From the NCBI RefSeq assembly GCF_001194135.2, contig NC_069001.1:25945731-26009730 (forward strand): a DNA stretch of 64,000 nt, written 5' to 3'. How positions within the stretch are numbered: position 1 is the stretch's first letter; every line of letters starts with the position of its first letter. Positions 48,536-63,010 of this stretch are shown one piece after another. Both the position numbers and the translations under genes were made by a program. The notes under the pieces were generated by a model that ran no database searches, was not told the origin of the DNA, and worked only from the letters and a program-made list of their open reading frames with translations. The stretch is from Octopus bimaculoides (lineage: Eukaryota).

Positions 48536-51266
48536 GAGACAGACAGATACACACACACACACTCTCTCTCTCTCTCGCTCATGCATACAGACACACAACN
48601 NNNNNNNNNNNNNNNNNNNNNNNNNNNNNNNNNNNNNNNNNNNNNNNNNNNNNNNNNNNNNNNNNNNNNNNNNNNNNNNNNNNNNNNNNNNNNNNNNNNN
48701 NNNNNNNNNNNNNNNNNNNNNNNNNNNNNNNNNNNNNNNNNNCCAAGGATATAGTAGATGATATTTTCTGAAAGTCTTTCAAATGGATAAGGACTAGTGT
48801 CAAATGTTCCTCTACAATTCATCAAGACATTGCTCCTGCATGGCCACAGTCTGTTGCCTGAAATGCGTATGAGACAAAAGATATATTGTGCAAGTGAATG
48901 AGAAAATGGTGAATGTAGAAAAATGTGTACGATGAATATGAAATACATGTGTTAATCTTACAACTGAAAATGAATAATATATTTCGACATTTTGATTAGA
49001 AAACGATTGTCAATAAAGAATGATTTAAATGGGAATCAGGAGAATGGTAATGTTAGCCAGCTTAGAATAAATCGAAGAATGATATTTTTAATAAATATTT
49101 ACGTTAAAGATAAAGAATTAGATCTATACTCTGCTTCTTCTTTTCGAAAATATTGCATTTCAAATTACAATATACAAGAATCAGTTGGTGAACTTAGTTA
49201 AATTTATGGACTAAAATCAAGATGAAAATTTAAAATGGATTAATACTTGCAGTACGAATGTGGATGCAAGAATGATACTAATAGCACCAGGAAAGGTACA
49301 GGCAAGATAACGCTTAAACTTAAAAATATAGCAGCGGAAGATATAATGCATTTAGTTTCCCCATGAAGATTTAACACGGAACGCCTTATATTTATTTCTT
49401 TTAAATAAAATATGATGAGTCATAGGAACAGAGAGAAACCCTCTGATGATATAGCCTCTGTTCGAAATTAAATATATTTGGCCTGTGTAAAACCTATGTC
49501 ATCCTAAATTGTGCAGAGGTGATATTTACGTATACGGACATAAGTGCTCATCTAGGGAATAGAAAATTGATTTGGATGAAATTCATGTTACCCAGTAAAA
49601 TCATATGAAGACTAGCTTCGAAGCAGAAATAAGGAGAGATAATCGCATATTGGTCTTAGAGGGTCTACATTTCTCCACTAAAATATGAAGATACATCCCC
49701 TAGGTGTTGTACCTATGTTTATGAAGCTATCTATGTACAACACTTTTGGAATCTTTGCACTCGATAAGAATTACACTCTAGCCTCGTAATATTTACAAAG
49801 CTTGACAAACAAGCAATTTTCGAAAGCTGCTAGACTTTCTCAAACGCAGTATAAAACTTTCGGGTCGATTTCAATTGAGCATATCGATAAAAGATTGCTC
49901 TGGAGGGAAGAAAATGATCGTTTAAATTCAACCCATTAGCAATATTCTCCAGAAAAGCAACCTAGATTTACATTCATCTATATCCTACAATTTTCACTCA
50001 CCACGCTCTCTCCCCTGGCATGTTATATAAATTCAAATTCCGACTTCAGCTGCAACAAATTTTAAGCTTCTGCATCCTCTTCTACTGTACTTTACCTGAT
50101 TCAATCAATTAAATATATGGCCAATTATGCGCTTTCATTTCTCCTATTTCACACTTTTTACAGGGAGCACATTTTATAGATAAGAAATAATGGTTATTGA
50201 GACAAACTCAAAAGCATTAAAACTGAAAGCAGTATCATTTTCAAAAGGCTTAAACTAAAGTCATAAAGTATATTTTAAATGTGATGTAAAGAAAAATTCT
50301 ATAAAAATTCATTTGAAAATAGTTATCTTTTGAGCCTTAACTTACACCGAAATTATGTTTGCACCTAAAATGCTTATATTTTAGCACATACCGTCCACTC
50401 TCAGCGTGATAGATATTAAATGTAGAGCCATTCACAATTTTAAAACGTCGGAAAAATATTTAGATTGTACTACATTCCAAAAATCCGCACCACACACATA
50501 TTGAAGAGGAACAAACTCTCGAACTGGTTCGAAATTGGTTACAATTAATTCTTCTCTCCACTTGTAAGTTATGTTGCTTTCAGTGTAGTTATTTATTAGT
50601 GACGAACATAAAAACTGATGAATGTTTACTGCATATATTTGCCACAGTTGCAATTTGGACAGGGTTTCTCGTATTAAATTACTCATTTTGATATATTAAC
50701 TGTGCATTTATTTCTAGAATACCGTATATAATGGCATAAAGATGCATTTAAATTCTAGTGCCCATACATATTTTTTACCACCCCAATTTTGAAAATGACT
50801 AGTGAGTGAGAATTCTGACATTGAAAACGTGTATGTAAGAGTAATTGAAACAAGCATTATATCTAAAGAAACTATGCAATTCCGAACATGCATTTTTGTG
50901 CTAGTCACCCATCTCTGAGCACCCATATTTTATCGTGAGTTTTACTTTCCCAATTTAAGTTAATGCTATGCTATCTCAAATTGGGGCTTAGTACGAGTAC
51001 TTCTTCATGAAGTTCCTAGCATTTAATATGATTCAGGACTGAATTATTAAGACAGTGTAAAATTTGGAACATAGTACATATTGACGTTAGAAGTCACATT
51101 CGTCTAGTGCCGTGAGAGAGTGAGGTTGATTTTCTTCATATTCTCCTAAAATATTTTCATGGGCGAATGATTTAAAGGGAGATAAATTAGTATGACGAAA
51201 CTGTTATGCCCCTTCTTTTTGCAAAGGTTATCGTTTATTTTGAGGTGTCAGCACGAATTGTAAAAT

Positions 51267-51682
51267 TTCAAATTTTAGCAGACGGTCAGAAAGTTCGGGG
51301 GAGGGGGTAAGTCGATGATATCTACCCCAGTCCTCAACTGGTACATATTTTACTAGCCCCGAATGAACAGCATCGTTGACCTAGATGGAATATGAACTGA
51401 GAAAGTGTAGATAGATGAAATACCGCTAAGAATTTAACGTAATAACGATTCTGTCAGTTCACCGATTTTGAATCTATCTAATATTGGTTTCAAATGTTTG
51501 CTCAATTTCCTGGGTGGAGGTAAGTCAATTAAATCCACCCCAGTGCTCATCTGGTATTTAATTTATCAATTCAGGAAAGATGAAATGCCAACCTCGGTGG
51601 AATTTGATCTCAGAACTTAAAGACGAGCGACGTGCCGCTAAGTATTTCGTCCAATGCAATAACTTTTCTGCCAGTTCAGCGC
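51267..51682 (-). mobile_element. Two tandem SINE family A copies (51267-51464 and 51486-51682)
   Basis: Each has tttcaaa...ggggtaagtc...ccccagt.ctca.ctggta...gaaataccgctaag...taacgattctg.cagttca. Confidence 0.75.
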
Positions 51683-52765
51683 GTTTCAATCGAAAAATAT
51701 TAATACCGTTTAATATATAGGTAGAACAATGTTAGGTTTATGTTATAAGAATGTTACTATAATGGAAAATATCTTTACGTTCAAATAATTATAATAAAGA
51801 AACCGAAAAAGAGGAAAACAGCATAAGACTCGAATACTGAGTCGCATTAACCATATGGAAAATATTTTACTCCGAATTTGTATGGCCATTACACTAATTG
51901 TGCATTACAATGAAGAAAAGTATACCCACAGTTAAATAAATTAGCTTGTGATTTTGTATATGTTTTAGCGATAACACACAGCTAGGAAATTCGAAGCGAA
52001 AGCGATCGTTACCTAGGGAACAGAAACATAAGAAAGGCAGTCATACGCTAAGTTGTTGTAACAGAGAAGAGATTAAATGTTGAAAACTGAAGAAAAATAT
52101 TGCTGTTAAGTAACAACGTATCAAAGAGAGTGTTCGACTGGCAATAGCACTGAAATGCACAGTAATATACAAGAAAGAATTACACTTGATTACACGATCT
52201 TATACTATGAAGACGGTGATAAATATTCGTTAGCCTAACGAAATAACCTTACTGATAAATGTGTGAGAGTGTTCAAGACGGTCAATTGCTATACATGTAA
52301 ATTATGGTAAACTGAAGATTTGCTTACAGAAAATAAGTATTGGGGAGGTAAAGATTAGGTGAACATCATGCAATGATTGTATGAAAATTAATTGAAATAG
52401 TCAGTATTGCGCTTCACGGGCGTTATCAGATGGGAAATGTAAGTCGAAAATATATGCAACAGAGTGAAAATAATGATAAGGATGTTTCAAGGTAAGATTA
52501 TTCATGTAAATCACTAAATTGCAAAATTCTGTATTAGGAAAATCTATATTAAAAGAAAAAGAAGGGGAAAATAAAACGGTTATGGTTATAGGTGAAATTT
52601 AACAGAGAAGTGAGACAGTACAGTAAATAGTAAGAGCTAAAAATTAATATTCAATTGGAACAGGTTTTCTGAAAATAGCAGGGAATGTAGTCACTGATAT
52701 TACATAGTTGATTAAAATGGTTAAATCTACATTCGTAAATACATATATTACAACAACCGACTCTG

Positions 52766-52802
<37 letters not shown>

Positions 52803-52863
52803 GTCTGTATCTACCCCACACACACTCTCCCTCTATCACTGTACCTCTCTATATGTGTGTGTA

Positions 52864-52905
<42 letters not shown>

Positions 52906-52913
52906 TGTCAGTG

Positions 52914-52945
<32 letters not shown>

Positions 52946-55164
52946 TGTGTGTGTGCGTGCGTGCGTGTGTATTTTTTTTATAACCGTTTGTGCAAAAGCA
53001 TTAGCATGCAAATATGTAAGTATAAAAACAGCCATACATACACACATGCACACAGATATCTATAGGTAGGCTGGAAGTTAGATAAAGATATAGAAATAGG
53101 TAAATAGATAAATATATAGATAAAACTATTTATGTATAAAATAAATCGGCGGAGATACCTAATTGGAGACTAAGAATACACACATGTACATACATACACA
53201 CACACACACACACATACACACACACATTCGGACCGTTTAACGAGCATGCTTAATATATGTGATTAGCTAAAGGTACAAGTATCAAGTTGCTTATTACAGG
53301 AAATTTCTTAAGAATATATTGTTTTGTGTTTAAAAGAAAACTTACGACACCAATTCTCTTTTTTTTTTTTTTTTTTTTTTTTGTCTTCTCATTATGACAA
53401 TTGCAGCAGCCACTCAAGATCTTCTACCGATATTGTAAATATTTTGCCCCTCTTTGTTTCTCAATCGTCAATCACATATATGACAGTTTGCTTTTCACCA
53501 AAAGATTTACATTTATTTTCTTGACGCGCATTTCATTGTTACGCAACCATCAATCAACGAAGTTTGCGCAGAAAGATAAGTTTTGCAAGACTGTCTACCA
53601 ATTAGATGAAGATTATATTCTAAACGTAACCCCTACTTTATCATTACAAGAATATCTACCAGCCACCGAAACAGTGACGTCCAAGTTGTAAATACAGACG
53701 AATATCAAACAAAATTCAGATTTAACGTGTCTATGTTAAAAATATAATCGAATTGTAACCGCTGAGTACTAACCATTCTAGGACAGATTTTAGTACGTAT
53801 GTCTCTCTAGGACCCTCGAATAGCAAAACTGTAAATGGAGAGAATTCCTCATAATCTATAAAAACATTTTGAATGTGCTAGTGATTGAGCACGTTACGTA
53901 ACTTAAGCTACTTGAAAACATAAGGGTCACTATCACCATACTTAATCTGCTGAAAAGCATCACAAATAACTGCAGAACGTGATTTGTAAATGTATAGGAC
54001 GCTGTAATAAAATTAGGTGAAAATTCAATCCTAGAATTTATGGATGTCGGGCTTTCTACCATCTAGTGAGGACACACAATCATATATTATCTTAAATATT
54101 CAAGCATCTTTGCACTTATACCAAATGCACAGACCTATAACACATCCCTCTTTAAATACGAATTATTTACATACAACATAAAGAAATATAAACATTTGTT
54201 CTTCATCCGCTAGTATAAAGATTTCTTTATACCCCAACTAAGGTAATCGTGGCTTTCTATGCACTAGAGCTAATAATTTTGGAATACATTTAGAGGAGAT
54301 ATTCTCCATAAATAACTGAAGACGAATGAATTACAACTAACGATATTTAGGTCCTTTAGAAACGAGAGTATTGTATACGTCATGAGTCGATAAATTAAAA
54401 TTTTGGCGACTTATTGCTTGAAGAGAGTTGGTATGGCTTCTTCTAAAGTGTCTAGCATGCGTTTGGTATTTTCAGTTGAATTGCAAATGTGAGTTGTGTG
54501 TATCTAAACTATTTTAAATGCTTTAAATTAACTCTATTCATTTATAAATGATTGCAGGAAATGTAAAGAAAATTTTATAAGATATGAAGAGTTAACTTAT
54601 CAAAGTCTCCATAGAAATTCCCATTTATGTACATAAATGATATTTCTATTGTAATTACTTCATTTTAATGAATTCAAATATTAATTTACTTCGTTTATAT
54701 AATTACATGTAATTTTATAAACGTAACTTTCATGTTATGCATACTTTCTGGGGTCGATTGCACTGATGAAGCCCTTCTCATGAAACCACTAGTGTTGTGC
54801 CTAATTAAGAATAATTATGATAATTATTATAAATTTCCTATTATACAAAACGTTGCAGATTATATTTCCAACTTTTGGTACTTCAAAATATTTAGTATCT
54901 TGATATGTGCCTAATTGGTGATATTCTCTTGCTATGAGGTTCCGTTTAGTAATTTCAGCCCCACCTCAAACTTCTGACTGTACGTCAATCTAAATCATTG
55001 TTGTTTTCAATTAACATTTTGTGTATTTAAAGTGTTAGTATAAGCACTATTTTAAAATAATATCAAATATCATTTTAAGGCCGATTATATGAAGCACTCC
55101 ATTTTAATTCCTACGTCGAACACTAGAGTTTAACATGTCCTGTTAAAATTTCAATGACTCAACT

Positions 55165-55385
55165 AAAACCATAAGGCCGGTTTCGCCCTTTATATGGCAG
55201 ATACATTCCTCGCCTGGACAAGAACTCCAGTCTGTCGCAGGATTACTCATCTTTGTCTGCTGAGTGGTCTAGAGCAACCAGAAATGAATTGTTTTGCTCA
55301 AGAACACATCGCCCGGTCCAGGAATCGAAACCACAATTTTACGATCAGGAGTCCAACACCCTAACCACTAAGCCACGCACTCCAC
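55165..55385 (-). mobile_element. SINE family C with a clear tRNA-derived Pol III head
   Basis: Minus strand reads gcgTGGCTTAGTGGttagggtgttggactcctgatcg...GGTTTCGATTCCtggaccgggcg, giving A and B boxes. A non-tRNA body follows. Confidence 0.8.
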
Positions 55386-56023
55386 CTCCCTTATTAACCA
55401 GTCAATAATATCACGCATTGGATTACAAAGATCATAGACATTTTGAATACTTACAATTTCTGCACTCAGTTACACGTAGAGAATTTTTAGTTTCTCTAAG
55501 TCACCATTTGATGTTAACTCAAGTCATAAAAAATCTCTTTTGACCATAGATTTAATTGAATTCTATCATGAATTATGAGTTGAAATTCAGACAATTGCGA
55601 TCTCTTAACCATTTCCATTACAGCAAGTTCTAATCAATCCCAAATATTCATAAGTGTGATTTTTATATTATGTTTTTTTTTTTCGAAACCATTTGAAAAA
55701 CTATTTCTGCTTAAATTCTATACTTTTTTTATTGTAAACATTTAACTCTGTAGCATATATTTAAATCTTGCTTATTGTTTGCGGTTCTCATACATTTACG
55801 AACACTTATATTAACGTATATGCTCTGCGAGTGTATGTTTTCAATAATTTTCTTCAACTTTTCCTATTTCCATCCTTTTCCCTTTTCTACAATCCTTGCT
55901 TTCAGATTCTTATATTATTTTCGGTTTCTTTTTAATAATCACTTTACTTTTCTACTAATCTTTGTTTAGACTTCTCGATTCCATACTCCTACCATGTATT
56001 GTATTTATCTCTCACATCCCCTC

Positions 56024-56063
<40 letters not shown>

Positions 56064-56440
56064 TGTATGCATGTATATATATCTGTCCTTTATAACTCTT
56101 ATCTCTCAGTTCTCCTCTGTATATCGAGATATCTTGGTATTCATTCACACAAACACTTTCTCCTCTGACAAACGTTCTCTCACTACGCCTCTTTCTCACC
56201 ATTCTCTTATCTAGCTTTCTATTGATATAAAAAAATAACAGACAAACACATACACGTACTTGTCCATCTGTGACTCTCTTTTCCTTTCTCACTGTGGAAC
56301 GCACACGCTCATACTTCAACGTTCTTTGTCTAGTAACTACCTATCTCTCTGTTTCCGTTTCATTAACTCTCTCTCCAAAACTTGCTAATATACTCTATAT
56401 ATAAACATATTTTTGCCAGAGCATTTCACTCATTCCTCTT

Positions 56441-56472
<32 letters not shown>

Positions 56473-57701
56473 CCCCTCCCTTCCTTCCTTCATCATTTCT
56501 CAGTATCGCATATATTTGCTATAAAATTTGTATTCCTCTCTTTCTGAGAACATACATAAATGCAATCCCACCGTCTATCCATGGTTCTTACTCGCTTTCT
56601 CTCAGAGTTGCAATCAGTCTGTCTCTTTTCTTTTACTCTCTATATATCTCAATATATATCTTTCTCCCTCTCTCTCACTCTGGTTTCACTTACCCCCCGT
56701 CCCTACTCTATATCTATTTATTTCTGAGAGCAGTTTTATAAATATAACTTGTTTTATCTCTATTGCTTCAAGAACATTTTGAACATTTGTACCGATTTGC
56801 TGAAATATTTTTCTCCTCCATAATCTCAGATAACATCACGCTGCTTCTATTTCTGAGAAAGTAACGGTGAATTTATGGAATAACGCCAGCAATATTGGTA
56901 ACCTACCAGGGATTCAAAGGAAACTTGTCGCGTTTTGTTAGTAAAGTTAAAAGTAATAAAAGAAGAAAATATAAAGAAAAACAATGCAATTCTAGTAAAA
57001 TTTGGTAAACAATATTTAGTCTTAAAGGAGACTGTTTGATAAATAAATTTTTAGATAAACATTATATTATTGTAAGGTATTTCTAGTATTGGCACAAGGC
57101 CACACACTTTGTGAAAGTAGGATTGGATTATATCGACAATCAATATTAGACTGGTACTTTATATTATCGACCCCATGAGAATGGAAGTCTACGTCCAGCG
57201 ATAATATATATATATAAACACACACAAGCATACTTGTGTATAATATTCTTTGTGGGTTTGAATTAGAAGTTTTGTGCTATTGTTATAATTTTAGAAGCTT
57301 GAGATTAAAAACGTGATAGCTTAGACATGCTGTCAAAGCAATTCCGAAACTGACTGTCCCCTCTCTTGCTTTTGCTTAAGGAACCAAGTAATGTATTAAA
57401 CAAAGTGCTGTATACTACTTTGAAGAAATTTAGGCGTGATTTGGGGGATAGGTAGCTGCTATTGTTGTCACTTCGAGCGACAGCAGAGAGGTTAAACCTA
57501 CGATAAATTGTATTGCTCTCAGTTTCGTTATAAGCTGGATGCTGTGAACAAAGATACAATCACATTCATTCCAGTTATGACCATCCTCTCGATTTCTGTA
57601 TCCACTTTTCCCTTTGCCAACGTGTCCGTTTCAAGTTTGATGTATGTGTCTATAGTCCCAAAATATACAAAATGAACGCATACATACATACATATACACG
57701 C

Positions 57702-57736
<35 letters not shown>

Positions 57737-58019
57737 AATACAACGNNNNNNNNNNNNNNNNNNNNNNNNNNNNNNNNNNNNNNNNNNNNNNNNNNNNNNN
57801 NNNNNNNNNNNNNNNNNNNNNNNNNNNNNNNNNNNNNNNNNNNNNNNNNNNNNNNNNNNNNNNNNNNNNNNNNNNNNNNNNNNNNNNNNNNNNNNNNNNN
57901 NNNNNNNNNNNNNNNNNNNNNNNNNNNNNNNNNNNNNNNNNNNNNNNNNNNNNNNNNNNNNNNNNNNNNNNNNNNNNNNNNNNNNNNNNNNNNNNNNNNN
58001 NATATATATATATATATAA

Positions 58020-58160
58020 ATACAACGAGCTTCTTTCCTTTTCCAATTCTTAAAACCACTCACATGGTTTTGGTCGGCTCGAGGCTGTAGTAGAAGACAC
58101 TTGCCCAAGGTGCCACGCTGTGGGTCCATGCGGAACCATGCGACTGGGAAGTAAGGCGTT
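58020..58160 (-). mobile_element. SINE family B, 5' half
   Basis: ggttttggtcggctcgaggctgtagtagaagacacttgcccaaggtgccacgctgtggg...ggaaccatg. Confidence 0.8.
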
Positions 58161-59309
58161 TGCATACTTTACAATACAGTTTTACTCAGGAAGCGTTGGT
58201 TAACTCGTATGTGTGTCTGCTTCAGTTTCCTCCACGTGGTTTGTACATGTTAATAATTGTACTTAGGAATTTTAATATGCATCTGCTTAAGAAACGTTGA
58301 AGTTTCGGATACAATGCCATGCCATATTTGTTACTGATCAACCCGAATTCAGATTCTGTGGTATTAACTTTACTGCAAATATGTTCACAAGTGATAAAAA
58401 GTAGCAGGGATGACTGTTGGTCTGACAGAATTGTTGGTTTGTAAGAGGTGATGTTTTGTGGTCTGGTGACACTAATCCGTTATCATCTTTTGAGTAAAAA
58501 TATTCTCCATCGAAAACATCAACAACTTGAAGAAAGGGGATGTGTGTTCTTGAGCAACTGTATGTCTTCCACAAAATTTCAACAGTATAAATATCCATTT
58601 GCAGATAAACATTTTTTTTTTTTATTAGCAAACGAAAATGACTATTGATGTTTCATTGCATGCGTGCTTTTTATTTTAGCTCCGACAAATTATAGATATT
58701 AACAAAGACTTTCCAGCCGAAACCATCCTGTTCATTATTTGTATATTACTTTCTTTTTCTAATATTCTCGGTCATTGAATACCATCTTCAAGGATTTAGT
58801 TAATCATATTGATCTCCCTACTTACTTTACCGAACCAGTAATTTTCATGAGATAAGCGTATAGAGCAAAAACAGGTACACACACAAACTCTCTCTCTCTC
58901 TCTCTCTCCCTCTCCCTCACACCCACATACATACACACACACAGTCCTACATACAGACCCATATTCACTCAAACGTTGGTAAGTAAATCTATGACTTTAT
59001 CTGCTTCATCAAGTTTGAATATGTGGCTCAAAGACTAGAGCAACAACAACTATGAACAAGCAGACCATCTATCGAATTTCGAAATGCCTTAATGGCATGC
59101 ATAAATCAGTGCTGATTGTACATTCCCCTTGAAGGTTTCGCCGTCGTTGTTTGGTCTTTCATAAACCAGTTGTGAGTTCAATAAATTAATTTTCCCGTCC
59201 TTTGATCCTTGTATTTGAAAATGTTACTTTGTTTATTAAACATTACGAGCACAGAATTTCATTACATTGCATAGACTTTATTTGTCTCGGTATGCCATTA
59301 CCTAGGAAA

Positions 59310-59352
<43 letters not shown>

Positions 59353-60212
59353 TTGTGTGTGTGTTTGTGTGTGTGAAATATATGTGGTATACTGTGAAGT
59401 TCGTAACATTTTTTTTTGTTTTTGTGTATTCATACACTTACGTGAAGTGAGCTGTACGTCGACTAAGAACTCAACGCATAATACAAGTTTCCCAGTATTC
59501 AAAGAATATATATGGTGTTATTAGTATCAGTTCGCTAAAGATTTCCGTACTTTTTCTCCACCAAAGAAGCTTAGTAATTACTGGTGTGTGTATTAACTAG
59601 ATTTATGTATTTGTTGTGATTAGAGTGAAGGTGCAAAGAAATATAATAGAGTGGAATTAATGTGGGTGTTCACATCTCCGTAAAAATACAATATTTCCGG
59701 AAGATGAAGCAGATGATATTTTTTCCAAAATGTAAGAACATGATGAATATTTGAGGAAGGACTTTGAAATGTAACTCATTGATAGAATCTGAATACTTTA
59801 TTTATTTATTTATTTATTTTACAGAATTGAGGTCTGATCATTATAAATGGCGTGTACAAAAATCACGTGGACATAGATTAAAAGCCAACATTATATACAT
59901 CATAGCACTAACGCTAGTAGTTTTTATTCCGTCGAGCCATACACCAACGCTCAAAGTCATACATATTATACATACAAAACTTACATATTTTAGCTCTCAC
60001 AACACATATATCAAACACTTCCACCAAATCTTGCCAAGCACAACGTCTAGTGGCGTTATGACTTCTTTCACTTTTTTTAAAACTTATATTCCATTGTAAT
60101 ACCATTCTTAATTTGGATGATACTATACACATTATGTCGCTCAAAAATGATATCACTGAATAAAACCGATAAAGTTGATGGTTGAAAAGTGTTTCATTAT
60201 TATGAGCTTTTT

Positions 60213-60420
60213 ATAAGGCGGTGAGCTGACGAAATAGTTTGTTTGCTAAACGAAACGCTTAGCGGCATTTCTTTCAGCTTAACTGTCTGATTTCAAACTC
60301 TGCAGAAGTCGACTTTACAGTATTTCGGTGTCGATCAAACAAATACCAGATTCAATGTAATCGACTGACCCTTTCCCCATCAAAAAATTGCATTCCTTGT
60401 GTCTGCAGCAGAAAGAATTA
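60213..60420 (+). mobile_element. SINE family A, full length, diverged
   Basis: ataaggcggtgagctgacgaaa...gcttagcggcatttc...gtcgacttt...gtaatcgactgaccc...ccttgtgtctgcagcagaaagaatta. Confidence 0.7.
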
Positions 60421-61749
60421 TAGGCTTGATCGATCAGCATCAGCCTGATGTGAAATAAGAAAAACAAACTTAGATTTTCGCAAACCAGCTAGAAAGTACG
60501 CAAAACTTTCCAGACGTTATACACAGAACTACATCAATGCAAACCATGCAAATATAGCTTCCATCCAACTCATGTTAGAATAAATGAGAAAGAAGTCAGA
60601 GATCCTGGTTCGAATATTTTAGATTAGAAACATATATTTTTAAAATGTTTACTACATGAGTTTTGATGCTATATTAGTACAAATATACAAATCCTTAGAA
60701 CATGACAGTAAAATTTTCGAGTCAAATGTGGAGCCTAGACAAATATTCCTCCCTCACCTAAATCTTTCTGGCATGAAATGTAATGGAGTTAAATTAAGTA
60801 TTATTAGAGTTCTAGATACGTTATATCTGAATAAAACTTGAGGATGGTCAGGGGTGTCTGCTTATTAAATTTAACTTGGATCATGTCTATATCTGTACAA
60901 TTGTTGTGGTCATAACTGACATATCACAGGGATTATTTGTTCAGGAATTGTGCAAAATTTATATAAATCCAAATTGATGAAACAGCTGCTGATTAAAATC
61001 TGTTTACTGTCTGTTTTCAATGACCTTAACTACTACTCAAACATGTGATTGTTATTTCTGTTTGCTAGGAATGACAGCTGAATGTCTTTCAAATCACGCC
61101 TTGTGAAAGGACGAAGTTAAAGTCATGGCAAAAATATTTTTGATTACGGGAGTCCATGATCAATGTTAACCTGGTGAGAAACAGTGAAGATCAGATTTAT
61201 ATACACGTGGGACCACCTATTTAGAGACCCACTGGCACAAAGCAATTAAAATTACGTAATCTGTTTAGGTCACTGACATAATAATAATCTTTTGAATGGC
61301 TGGTCAGTTTTCCGAAACTCTTCGTAAATTGACCAGATGTCGCTTAATCTATTGACCTGATACAAATTTATTTGCTGTAGATTTTGTTGTTATTGGTCTT
61401 CTTTGTGAACAAAGAATTTTGCTCTGTGCGAAGTTTTCCAAAGGATGTGTAAAAGGTTAAGAACCTGCTCTGACGACAATCGTATGTTGCAGCACGTGTT
61501 GTTGACACGTGATAACTAATCGACCAAGCAGAAAGGAATAAATAATAAAACAGAGAAATAACACTAAAAAAATATCTAATACTACAGTTTCTGGAGGTGT
61601 AAAATTTAGAAATTATTGTAGATAATTCCAGAACAAAAGATGTTAGTGCAACATCTCACAGCCAATATCTGCATTAAAGTGTCAGAGTGTTACAAACACG
61701 CAATCATGGTTTCGGTTAGGAGAAAGTTATTCCTAGAAAAGATTTTGTT

Positions 61750-62081
61750 GCTGCTATCATCATCATCGTCGACATCATCATTATCATCATCATCATCTAC
61801 TTGTCCTCCTCATCACCATCGCATCGCGGTCGTCATCGTTGTCACCATCAATCTCATCATCAACGGCAGCAGTAGTAGTAGTAGAAGCAGCAGTAACAGG
61901 AGCAGTAGCAACAGTAACGGCAGCGATATCACCATCATCATCATCATCATCGTCGTCATCGTTTTTACCGTTACCATTATTGGCGTCAGTGTTATTCTTT
62001 TTAGCATCATTTTCCTTGCTGTTATTATAATTCTTGTTTAAAAAATATTTTCATAATTTTATTTAGAGTATTACTACTTCC

Positions 62082-62113
<32 letters not shown>

Positions 62114-62200
62114 TGTTGGGGGTATTATTAGTGGTGGGGTGGCGGTTGTTATGGCTGTGGTGGGTGATGTTATCGTTAGAGTGGTGGTGGTGGTAATATT
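61750..62200. repeat. Compound trinucleotide tract (CAT/CGT/AGT/AGC/GGT)
   Basis: Direct reading. It produces the low-complexity ORFs at 61640-62041. Confidence 0.9.
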
Positions 62201-62579
62201 TTCCGGAATTATTACATTGTGACTGATATTTTCCCCCTTGTCGAATATTTCGTGATAAGCACTTAAGTCGTTGAAGATAGGAAAGAGAACAGTCGTAAAT
62301 CAGATGAAAAATTAAGTCCGTCCAAATACGAAATAATGTCCAGAATCATTTTATTTTTGTTTCTTTCAAAGTTTCTCTCCCGATAATTATATATATATAC
62401 GCACTCAAACGAACCTGATGTCACACACACGCACACACAGATATACATATGCACATACATATATATCAACACGGAGAAATATATGTAGACGTGAGTAACG
62501 CAAAAATATAGTAACACCACTAATTCTTACACTCTTGAAAACATATAGGAATTCTTACAAACAAATATATAAGCGTAAA

Positions 62580-63010
62580 TAACGATAGAATAGAAAGCAA
62601 ATCTCCAGAAAGTGGACAACGTTTAGAATATTCCACGAAGCTGTTAAGTCGAATATACGGTAAAAACCTGCACATGAACAACATAGATACTAAATAATAG
62701 CAAGAAAGTGTAGTGGAATACGTAGAAGAATCAGAAATGATAGAATGAAAGAAGATCGGTGTATACGTTTATAGAAACGAAAGTGGTAGACGTTATGAAT
62801 ATTCCAGAAATATATTCACTAAAATAGACGGAATAACATGCGCGTATGCCACAATCAACCTGAATAGCATGAAAGTTCGTAGCAATACGTATGAAAATTC
62901 AGAAACGCATAATAAATTGATGGAAGTAACAGCAGATAGAGGCGAACATTTATAGAAAGGAATGTGGACACAATTTCAAATATTTCACGAATATATTCAC
63001 CCAAATACAC
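62580..63010 (+). repeat. Old tandem repeat, period about 170-180 bp, about 3 copies
   Basis: The anchor aa(a/t)gtgg...gaatattccac/agaa(a)tatattcac recurs near 62610, 62781 and 62961. tttatagaaa recurs at 62768 and 62949. Confidence 0.6.

Larger units (their letters stand above)
26696..58001. other. Eight assembly gaps within this span: 26696-27204, 34302-34316, 34530-34633, 36695-36794, 38229-39167, 40164-40271, 48600-48742, 57746-58001
   Basis: Runs of N, mostly flanked by microsatellite or minisatellite sequence. Confidence 0.98.

Noticed and set aside
50432-50686. 84-aa minus ORF with a YTESNITYKW string reminiscent of Cys-loop receptors
   Set aside because: There is no Cys-loop, no transmembrane segments and no good splice sites. 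The similarity is only a few residues.
53401-53691. 96-codon plus-strand frame after a poly-T tract
   Set aside because: It has no true ATG (TTG start called as M), no recognisable domain and no supporting neighbouring exons.
54757-54800. Second hammerhead-like string (CTGATGA...GAAAC-CACTAGTG)
   Set aside because: Stem II cannot pair (agcccttctcat), and no valid NUH triplet can be placed together with stem I. At best it is a decayed relic.
55290-55385. Possible tRNA gene (A and B boxes)
   Set aside because: There is no convincing acceptor stem or Pol III terminator, and it continues into a SINE body. It is counted as a SINE head; the same applies to 35612 and 42967.
57725-58030. Apparent direct repeat tatatataaatacaacg on both sides of the gap
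   Set aside because: This is most likely a scaffolding overlap artefact (the same sequence duplicated across the gap), not a biological repeat.
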